Assembly (NCBI GenBank): GCA_023136265.1
Contig: JAGLRN010000034.1
Coordinates: 761-64,760, forward strand
Reading direction: 5' to 3'
Source of the DNA: Thermoplasmata archaeon
GTDB lineage: Archaea; Thermoplasmatota; Thermoplasmata; RBG-16-68-12; JAGMCJ01
Length of the DNA stretch: 64,000 nt
The translations under genes and the position numbers were made by a program. Positions 1 through 7,660 of the stretch are shown one piece after another. Each line of letters begins with the position of its first letter. The first letter of the stretch is position 1. The notes beneath the pieces are model-generated. The model searched no databases. It saw only the letters and a list, made by a program, of their open reading frames with translations, and was not told where the DNA came from.

Positions 1-493
1 TGAGGGAAAGTCACTAAGAGAAATGTCAGACAATGAAAAGACTGACCATAGGGCAGGAAGGATGGGGTTCATTTTCCAAGCCTACAACCTACTGCCAGTT
101 CTGACAGCGGTCGAGAACGTCGAGTTACCCTTGCTCGTCTCCGCAGTCAATCCCAGGACGGCGAGAGAAAAGGCAATAGGCATCCTTGAGGTGGTCGGGT
201 TAGAAAAGCGCAAGAACCAGAAGCCCGCAGAACTGTCTGGAGGTGAGCAGCAGAGGGTCACGATCGCTCGCTCCTTGGTAAACAATCCCGCTATCGTATG
301 GGCCGACGAGCCCACGGGCAATCTGGATGCCGAGACCTCGGGGCAGATTATGGAGTTGCTCTGCAGAATGAACAAGGAGAACAAACAGACCTTCGTGATC
401 GTTTCGCACGATCCTGCTGTTGGAGAGATGGCGGATAGAGTGCTCAAGATGAGAGATGGCGTTTTCGAGAAGGAATACGTCCCCCTCCGGTAG
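1..493 (+). CDS. ABC transporter ATP-binding protein, C-terminal part (gene starts upstream of window)
   Basis: Reading frame is open to the window start. ABC signature LSGGEQQRV, Walker [13 protein letters not shown] and H-loop VSHD are present, but Walker A is absent, so the 5' end lies outside the window. An FtsX-type permease follows 17 nt downstream (MacB/LolD-like pair). Confidence 0.85.
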   Translation, partial: EGKSLREMSDNEKTDHRAGRMGFIFQAYNLLPVLTAVENVELPLLVSAVNPRTAREKAIGILEVVGLEKRKNQKPAELSGGEQQRVTIARSLVNNPAIVWADEPTGNLDAETSGQIMELLCRMNKENKQTFVIVSHDPAVGEMADRVLKMRDGVFEKEYVPLR

Positions 494-510
494 ATGACGG
501 GTTAGGATAG

Positions 511-3504
511 GTGTGTGGTGATATGACAATGCCAAACCCGATTCTGGTCTCCCTTCTTGCTGTGATTCTCATTGTGATCGGAGTTCTGGCCATTCGAAGG
601 CGGGTACTATTCAAAATGGGTGTGCGGAATTTCATCAGACACAAGACACACTCGATATTGGTCGTCGCAGGCTTGTTGATCGGAACATCGATTATCTCAG
701 GTGCTCTGGTGACCGGTGACTCTATCGACCATTTCATTGTCAAGAGCTCCTACGACGGTCTGGGACTTGTAGACGTAACGGTCTCAACCGACAGAATGGA
801 CTTCTTCAATGAGTCATTCTTTTGGGAGCTGAGAAACGATACCGGAGTCGAAGAACACAGTGACGGGATATCCCCAACAATCCTGACCTTTGTGTCGGTC
901 GAGGATGACGACAGCGGACAGTTCGAACCCGTCATGACCTTTGTGGGCTTCGACCCAAGTCTCGATCGCGATTTCGGACAGTTCACAGAAGCGAACGGCA
1001 ACGAGACCTATGCGTACGACCTCGGAACGGACGAGGTCATTCTGAACGGAAGGGCAGCAGACGTTCTGAACGCCGAACAGGGCGATATGCTGAGGATAAG
1101 CTACAGACCGCTGACGCTTCAAGGTGGGGAAGTCCTCCAGAAACAGTTCGAAACGAAGTACGTCGTCAAGGATGAGGGAAAGGGACAGTATGGTCTGCAG
1201 GCGAACATCTTCGTGAGGCTGGACGTCGCCCAGGAAATGTTCAACGTATCTGGAAGGATCAATCTGATTCGAATCTCCGCCCCGGGCGATGTTGAGGCTG
1301 GTGCGGGAAACAGTGATGAGTTGGTTGCCGCGGTCCAGGACGCTCTGGACTCTTCACCAGACCAAGGATTGAGTGAGCTGAGTGTAGATGCAGTGAAAAA
1401 GGACGCTCTTGAACAAGCAGAGGAAACTGGCGAGATGTTCTCGATATTCCTGATGATCTTCGGTTCATTCAGCATCATTGCCGGTGTGATACTGATCATA
1501 AACATATTCACGATGCTCGCCGAGGAGAGAAAATCAGAACTCGGGATGGCGAGAGCTCTCGGTATGAGGAAGTCGCATCTGATGCAGATGTTCCTCTTTG
1601 AGGGTTCGAGCTACGCGTTCGTGGCCGCTCTGCTGGGAACTCTAGCCGGCCTGTTTCTGGCCGCGACCCTGATATTCGGATTGAATAGTGTATTCGCCAT
1701 CGGCGAGTTCGGAGGCATACCATTCCGCTTTGAAATCGGCAGTCTCATCGACGCTTTCTGCCTCGGGACAATAATCGCCTTCTTGACAATCCTGGTAGCC
1801 TCAGCGCGAATAACGAACATTAACATCGTTCGAGCAATCAGGGACATTGAGGAACCTGTCTTTGATAGGGCCACGATGAAGACAGCGATTCTGGGGGGAG
1901 TCACTCTGGCGCTAGGGCTTGTCGCATTCTTTCTTGGATACGAGAATCTAGTCATCAGGCTTGTTGCGCCTTGTCTGGCCCTCATGGGATTCGCCTTTGT
2001 GCTTAGGCGTTTTGCGAGTGCTTCGATAGCCTTTACAATCTCCGGAATCGCTATCATCGTGTACATACTCCACTCCATTACAACGTTCTTCGAAGGTGAG
2101 ATGGAAGAGATGGCATACCTCTTCATCGTGAGCGGTGTGCTCCTGGTCATCGCTGCAGTCATGATAGTCATATTCAACTCCTCCCTGCTGGTCAGAGGGG
2201 TCAGTGGAAGCCTGGGAAGAATCCGTTCGATGAGACCCATAGTCAAAACCGCCGTCTCTCATCCACTCAACAAGAGATTCAGAACTGGAATGACGGTATC
2301 GATGTTTGCCTTGGTGATCTACACCATCGTATTGTTGTCTGTGTTCTCCAATATCTTCAGTCTGAGCGTTTCCAGCGAGCTCATCAAACAAGGTGGCGGA
2401 TACGAGATTATCGGAACGAGCACGATACCGGTTTCCGACCTGAACAACGTGACAGTGATAGACGCTGAGGGCAATCCAGTGAGAATCGAGTCGCCCACTC
2501 TGGCCAACGATGTTCGAACATTCGAACAGATAGTCGCTACGTACCCGAATGTGACGATAGATGGTGTGCCATTAGGCGGTACGGGGGGTGGCCCGATGGG
2601 GGGTGGCCCGATGGGCTTTGGTCTCGGCAGGGTTCTTGGAGTCGATAATCAGTTCATCCAAAACAATCAATACGTGTTCGCAGAGATGCTCGAAGGTTAC
2701 ACCGACCCTCACGAAGCTTGGGACGCCATCCAGGATAATCACACGAACGTGATCGTTGACCTGAGCATCACATTTGCCGGTGGATCAGGCATGCAGGGCG
2801 GGAACGGGATCACGGTGGGAGACCACTTGACCATTGAGACGGTCAACGGTACGAAGGACTTCCAGATAGTGGGCATCCTTGATCAGATGTTGTTGAATGG
2901 GATATTCATGACGAAGGAGAACGCCCAAGCCTACTTCTCTGATTCATTCACCGTCCACGGAAACAGCGTGTTCATTTTCAGTGTGAAGGACGGAGCTGAT
3001 GCGAAGACAGTCACACTGAATCTCGAGAGGGACTTCAGGGCCATCGGAATGGATACAAGGTTTCTCAAGGAAGATATCGAGTCAATGATGGAGATGCTCA
3101 ATTCCTTCTTCCTGATATTCGAGATATTCCTTGGGTTGGGCCTGATCGTGGGGATTGCCGGTCTGGGCGTCATCACAATTAGGAGTGTTGTTGAGAGGAG
3201 GCAGGAAATCGGGGTGATGAGAGCTATCGGTTTCAGGCGGGGGATGATACTCAAATCCTTTGTGACCGAGATACTGTTCATTGCCACTCTCGGCATCGTC
3301 ATAGGAACCGCTATCGGGCTGACAGTTGCATATGAGATCTTCGCTTCGATGATGGCCGAGGAAGATGTCAGTTTCAGCATACCATGGATGCACCTGCTTA
3401 CTATCACTCTGATAACCTATGTTGCGTCGTTGGCCTGCACGATTGTACCATCGATAAAGGCATCGAGAACTTCACCAGCCGACGCGTTGAGGTATATGGG
3501 GTAG
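511..3504 (+). CDS. ABC transporter permease, FtsX/MacB-like, two FtsX 4-TM modules with large extracytoplasmic domains
   Basis: 997 aa. N-terminal TM anchor and soluble domain, then a TM cluster, then a second soluble domain containing the Gly-rich linker GGTGGGPMGGGPMGFG, then a C-terminal TM cluster with an FtsX-like end. Tightly linked to the upstream ATPase. Confidence 0.8.
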   Translation: MCGDMTMPNPILVSLLAVILIVIGVLAIRRRVLFKMGVRNFIRHKTHSILVVAGLLIGTSIISGALVTGDSIDHFIVKSSYDGLGLVDVTVSTDRMDFFNESFFWELRNDTGVEEHSDGISPTILTFVSVEDDDSGQFEPVMTFVGFDPSLDRDFGQFTEANGNETYAYDLGTDEVILNGRAADVLNAEQGDMLRISYRPLTLQGGEVLQKQFETKYVVKDEGKGQYGLQANIFVRLDVAQEMFNVSGRINLIRISAPGDVEAGAGNSDELVAAVQDALDSSPDQGLSELSVDAVKKDALEQAEETGEMFSIFLMIFGSFSIIAGVILIINIFTMLAEERKSELGMARALGMRKSHLMQMFLFEGSSYAFVAALLGTLAGLFLAATLIFGLNSVFAIGEFGGIPFRFEIGSLIDAFCLGTIIAFLTILVASARITNINIVRAIRDIEEPVFDRATMKTAILGGVTLALGLVAFFLGYENLVIRLVAPCLALMGFAFVLRRFASASIAFTISGIAIIVYILHSITTFFEGEMEEMAYLFIVSGVLLVIAAVMIVIFNSSLLVRGVSGSLGRIRSMRPIVKTAVSHPLNKRFRTGMTVSMFALVIYTIVLLSVFSNIFSLSVSSELIKQGGGYEIIGTSTIPVSDLNNVTVIDAEGNPVRIESPTLANDVRTFEQIVATYPNVTIDGVPLGGTGGGPMGGGPMGFGLGRVLGVDNQFIQNNQYVFAEMLEGYTDPHEAWDAIQDNHTNVIVDLSITFAGGSGMQGGNGITVGDHLTIETVNGTKDFQIVGILDQMLLNGIFMTKENAQAYFSDSFTVHGNSVFIFSVKDGADAKTVTLNLERDFRAIGMDTRFLKEDIESMMEMLNSFFLIFEIFLGLGLIVGIAGLGVITIRSVVERRQEIGVMRAIGFRRGMILKSFVTEILFIATLGIVIGTAIGLTVAYEIFASMMAEEDVSFSIPWMHLLTITLITYVASLACTIVPSIKASRTSPADALRYMG

Positions 3505-3658
3505 TCGACCGCCTCTAGTTACGGAGTGATGAACGCGATCTGTCGGGAAGGAAGGAAAGAGTCAAATGTCCTTTCGATATTGGTCGTTTCGGAATCGGTT
3601 GGAATTATGGCGATGTGCGCTGAGATGACGCTCGCTCTAGATTCGGCAGAGACTAGAG

Positions 3659-4696
3659 ATGAAACCAATGTCCAAGACTAGAATCTCCATGATTACGGGG
3701 CTGAGATGGGTCAAGTACGTGATGAACGTCAGTAATAGTGGAGGAATGGGCACGAATGTTCCTCAAGTCTCGCGGGAACTGAGAAAGCTGGGATACGAAG
3801 TCCTGATCAATCAGCCCGAAAGGGACTTCGACATTCTGCATATCCATAATCCTCTCTTCGCGTCATACTTCTTGGCCTGCAAGACCCGAGGCAAGAAGCC
3901 ATTGGTCATCCATGCTCGACACATACCAGAGCTCGCTAAGGGGGGGATCGTCCTTGGTGAATTCCTCTACCGTCCGTTCAAATGGTATTCCAAGTACTTC
4001 TATGGTCTTGCGGATGTCGTAGTCTGCGCCACCCCCTATGTCAAGAAGGCTCTTGTCAAGGAAGGAATAGAATCTCGTATGGAAGTCGTGCCCAATGGTG
4101 TCAATCGAAGCGTCTTTAGGAGCTCTGAAGAAAGGAGGAGGATGTTCAGGAGGAAGCATGGTTTCGCAGAAGATGATTTCGTCGTTCTCAGTGTAGGGCT
4201 AACGCTCCCGAGGAAGGGCGTCGAAACCTTCATGGCAGTGGCGAGAGCGCTCGAAAGGAAGGAGTCCATGAAATTCCTTTGGGTGGGTTCTTCGGAGCCA
4301 TTCCTTCAAAAGGTGGACCTAGGCGACATCCCCAGAAACGTGCTCTTTCTAGGTCATATCCCTTTTTCTGAGATACCTGCTGCCTACTCTGGGAGCGATG
4401 CATTCTTCTTCCCTACGTACGCTGAGAGTTATGGAAACGCCCTGTTTGAAGCTGCGAGCTGTGGCAAAGCTTTGATTATCAGAGATATCCCGATCTATGA
4501 GGGCCTATTTACGCACGGAGAAAACTGTCTGAAGGGCAAGAGTGTTGAGGATTTCTCTTCGCACGTTTCTGCCATTCATGACCACAAGGGACTGAGGAAT
4601 AATCTCGAGAAGGGCTCTCTGGAGATTGCTAGGGAACATGATATGGGAGAATGCGCAGTGGAACTGGCTCGTGTGTATGATGGTCTTGTGAGCTGA
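3659..4696 (+). CDS. GT-B fold glycosyltransferase (family 4 / group 1-like)
   Basis: 345 aa. C-terminal region ...GHIPFSEIPAAYSGSDAFFFPTYAESYGNALFEAASCGKALI... resembles the GT4 E-x7-E nucleotide-sugar binding region. Confidence 0.6.
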   Translation: MKPMSKTRISMITGLRWVKYVMNVSNSGGMGTNVPQVSRELRKLGYEVLINQPERDFDILHIHNPLFASYFLACKTRGKKPLVIHARHIPELAKGGIVLGEFLYRPFKWYSKYFYGLADVVVCATPYVKKALVKEGIESRMEVVPNGVNRSVFRSSEERRRMFRRKHGFAEDDFVVLSVGLTLPRKGVETFMAVARALERKESMKFLWVGSSEPFLQKVDLGDIPRNVLFLGHIPFSEIPAAYSGSDAFFFPTYAESYGNALFEAASCGKALIIRDIPIYEGLFTHGENCLKGKSVEDFSSHVSAIHDHKGLRNNLEKGSLEIAREHDMGECAVELARVYDGLVS

Positions 4697-4707
4697 GAGG
4701 TTGTAAA

Positions 4708-5307
4708 TTGTTTGTGGAGGGCATCTATGATTTCTTTGGACCTTTCGGTACGGTCGGAGTACTGCTGGCGCTTTTACTCGTTTTCATTATTGATGCAGTT
4801 CTATTTCCTGTTCTGCCCGAACTCTTCGCAGTGATAACTTTCGGATTGTATCCTTCGATGACCTGGGGCGCATTGGTCCTAGCGGTGGCTGTCGTTGGCG
4901 GGGTGACTGGAAATGCCATCTTGTATGCTGTTGCCAAGAAAGCAAAGCTTCCGAGATGGATAACGAATCGAATGAAGAGTTACATGTCGATGCTGATGAT
5001 AAGAGACGAGAGGATCATACTCTTGAATAGGATTGTGCCAGTTGTGCCCTACACTGGTGCCTTCATTGCTGTCTGTGATTGGGATTTCTCAAGGTCGATA
5101 TTCTACGTTGCTTTGGGAGGATTCGTGAAGTATTCCGTCCTGATACTGATATCCGACGTGTTCTTCGTCTTCTACGAAACTGGGATGGCTCGAGTCGTCA
5201 CAATAGTGCTCGTCGTTCTCTTTGTGGGGGCAAGCTTTCTGTTTTCCCATCTATACCGAGGGCGGTTGAGGGAGAAGAACTCCGTGAGCCGAAACAAAGA
5301 CGGATAG
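4708..5307 (+). CDS. DedA/SNARE-associated family integral membrane protein
   Basis: 199 aa with multiple TM segments. DedA-like motifs IDAVLFPVLPELFAVITFGLY and NRIVPVVPYTGAFIAV are present. Confidence 0.55.
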   Translation: MFVEGIYDFFGPFGTVGVLLALLLVFIIDAVLFPVLPELFAVITFGLYPSMTWGALVLAVAVVGGVTGNAILYAVAKKAKLPRWITNRMKSYMSMLMIRDERIILLNRIVPVVPYTGAFIAVCDWDFSRSIFYVALGGFVKYSVLILISDVFFVFYETGMARVVTIVLVVLFVGASFLFSHLYRGRLREKNSVSRNKDG

Positions 5308-5309
5308 GC

Positions 5310-5317
5310 TTTTTTTT
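5310..5317. terminator. oligo-T tract (archaeal-type terminator) between convergent genes
   Basis: T8 run begins 3 nt after the TAG of the 4708..5307 CDS and lies downstream of the convergent gene 5452..7641. Confidence 0.3.
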
Positions 5318-5451
5318 CGCCCTCCTGGGGATTCTCAGGGCGATTGACGAGCTCCGCTCCCTGGAAGAGGGTCCTGAGCGGGACATCGAGAAGGATGCGT
5401 TGATGAGGAAGATCGAGAACGAGAAGAGGTGGCTGAAGTACACGAAAGGGC

Positions 5452-7641
5452 TTAGAAAGCGGATCTGGGCGGATGTCCGTTCGCCGGGAAGCACCTCGCG
5501 CGCACGCCCTTCCTCTCGATATCTATCTCTCCGCCCTCGACCAACTTCTTGACGTGATAGTTAGCTAGTTGCCTGCTTATCCCCATCAGCCTCGCGAGGT
5601 CGCTTATGGACATCCCTGGGGACTCGTTCACCCGCTCGAGTATGTCCTCCTGGATCGCGTGGAGGCCGTTGTCCGGTATCTTCATCCCAACTGGATAGAA
5701 GATCTTCCTGCTCCCCTTCGGCTTGGATACTATCAGGCCCTCCCGCTCGAGGACGTCCAGGTGATAGGTCAGCGTCCCGTTGTTCAGCTGCAGGTTCCGT
5801 TTTATCGCGGTGTAGTGCTCTCCAGGATGCACCTTGATGTAACCGTAGATCTGACCGCGCAGGAAGTGGTCCAGGATGTCCTTGCGCTTGAGCTTGACGT
5901 ACAGAGGAATCAGCAGGAACTTGAAGAGGCCGAACTTGCCCATCTCAGTGTTGAGGAACCCGCCCACGAAGGCGGCCGCGAGGAGTCCGAGCCCCAGCGG
6001 GATAATGATCGGGAACTCCTGAGCGGGAGCTTTCACGGCCACGTGGATTTCGTCGCTGGCCACGTTCCCGTCGTCGTCCTCCACGTGCAGGGTGACAGTG
6101 TAGTTGCCCGCCGCCTCGAACGCGTAGATCACCATCTGACCGGGAAGCTCAACGCTCGCATCGCCCAGCTCGATGACCCACAGGAAACTGGCGGTGTCCC
6201 AGAACCTCGGATCGTTGTCCGAGCAGTTGCCGGCGTCGAGAAGGACGGATTCGCCCACATTAGCCTCCCTGAAACCTCCCGCATCCGCGACGGGTGATGT
6301 TGTGTCGCGCACCGCTATCTTCACCGTGTCCATGTCCGAATTCCCGCCCGAGTCGCTGGCGGCAAGCGTTATCCAGTACGTGCCCGGAGTGTCGAAGACG
6401 TACTCCACGGTGAGCCCTTCGAGCCTGACGGAAGAGCCCTGGTCATCGAACTCCCAGATGAATACTCCCACGTCAAAGAAGTCAGGGCTGTTGTCCGTTG
6501 ACCCGCTCGCATTCAGCGTGAACGAAACGTCCTCGTCCACATCCTCGTTCTCACCCGCGCATGCCGTGGGCGGTGTGAGATCAGTGTCGAACACCAGCTC
6601 CACCCACGCGTTCGTCTCTATCGTCCTTAGAACCTCAGTCTCGTGCTCTCCCTTGCTCGCCGTGATGAAATACGGGTTGTGACTGTTGACCTCGAATTGG
6701 CTCAGCTCCGCCTCCGTTACGACGATATCCTTCACGATTCCGGACTCGTCCGTCCAGGCGGTCTTCTTGGCGCCGAGCCCGCTAGAGAGCAGGACCTCCG
6801 CCACGTGAACGGGCGTGGAGTGGACATCCGTCACCTCGACGGTGACGAACCACTGAATGAACACGCTCGAGAGCACATCCTCGTAGGATATCTTGCCCTC
6901 GTCAATCGTCGTGTTGATCAGTCTGGGATGGGAGTCCTCCATCACGACGAGGTCGATGAACGTGCCTGACACGGTCGAGTTTGCAATGATCGGGGAGGAG
7001 CCAGAAGCGAAGATCGAAATACCATTCCAAGTGACGGAGCTTGATTCGATGAAGGCTTCCGAGTTCTCCAGGTAGATGCCCCATTCGCCAGTCTCCTCTA
7101 CCATGGAGCCCTTCATTTCCACCGAGGAGTTCACGGAATAGATCCCAGCGAACTGGTTGTTGTTGAAATGAACGCTCTCCAGGGAGACAGAGGCCTGCTC
7201 CAGCAGCAAGAGACCGCGGTGTGCGTACTCGACCCTGGCGTTCTTGATGACGTTGTCGTGCCCCGTGAGGATGATGCTCCCCCAATCCCCCGCGTGCTTG
7301 ACAGTCGCGTTCGACGTGAATGTGATGCTCTCTCCCTCGGACGCGTCCGCGAAGAGGCGGCCCTCGACATACAGGCTCGAGTTCTCGTGAAGGAGCACGT
7401 CGACCCCCGGGTCAATGATGAGAACGTCCTCCATGCCCAGGACCGCATCATCAGTCACGATGAAGGGGCTCTCGTTGGCCTCCCAGTGCATGTCCTCGAT
7501 GAGCCCGTGTATGTATGTCGGACCTGCCGAAGCCTCGGGCGAAATAAGAGCTAGGCAGGAAAGAAGCATCACTAACATCAGAGCAATTGCGGAGCCCAGT
7601 CGAGCAATGCCTCTCGCCTCTTTCCTGCCCTTTCTGTTCAA
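5452..7641 (-). CDS. membrane-anchored surface protein: signal peptide, parallel beta-helix (NosD/PbH1-like) and 2 PKD-like domains outside, single TM, cytoplasmic tandem winged-HTH domains
   Basis: 729 aa. N-terminal signal sequence ...LISPEASA. PbH1-like repeats (NATV..., NSTVSG...). Two PKD-like segments (DTPGTYWITLAASDSGGN, FEAAGNYTVTLHVEDDDGN). Hydrophobic TM IIIPLGLGLLAAAFVGGFL. C-terminal ~160 aa carries two wHTH-like segments (ILDHFLRGQIYGYIKVHPGEHYTAIKRNL...LDVLEREGLI and MSISDLARLMGISRQLANYHVKKLVEGGEI). Confidence 0.7.
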   Translation of the reverse strand: MNRKGRKEARGIARLGSAIALMLVMLLSCLALISPEASAGPTYIHGLIEDMHWEANESPFIVTDDAVLGMEDVLIIDPGVDVLLHENSSLYVEGRLFADASEGESITFTSNATVKHAGDWGSIILTGHDNVIKNARVEYAHRGLLLLEQASVSLESVHFNNNQFAGIYSVNSSVEMKGSMVEETGEWGIYLENSEAFIESSSVTWNGISIFASGSSPIIANSTVSGTFIDLVVMEDSHPRLINTTIDEGKISYEDVLSSVFIQWFVTVEVTDVHSTPVHVAEVLLSSGLGAKKTAWTDESGIVKDIVVTEAELSQFEVNSHNPYFITASKGEHETEVLRTIETNAWVELVFDTDLTPPTACAGENEDVDEDVSFTLNASGSTDNSPDFFDVGVFIWEFDDQGSSVRLEGLTVEYVFDTPGTYWITLAASDSGGNSDMDTVKIAVRDTTSPVADAGGFREANVGESVLLDAGNCSDNDPRFWDTASFLWVIELGDASVELPGQMVIYAFEAAGNYTVTLHVEDDDGNVASDEIHVAVKAPAQEFPIIIPLGLGLLAAAFVGGFLNTEMGKFGLFKFLLIPLYVKLKRKDILDHFLRGQIYGYIKVHPGEHYTAIKRNLQLNNGTLTYHLDVLEREGLIVSKPKGSRKIFYPVGMKIPDNGLHAIQEDILERVNESPGMSISDLARLMGISRQLANYHVKKLVEGGEIDIERKGVRARCFPANGHPPRSAF

Positions 7642-7660
7642 TCGTCTCCGTCCTATGGTA

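Noticed and set aside
5079-5552. 157-aa plus-strand ORF spanning the DedA gene end and the intergenic region
   Set aside because: It overlaps the 3' end of the DedA-like gene in another frame and crosses the oligo-T terminator. Its Arg-rich translation has no motifs. Likely spurious.
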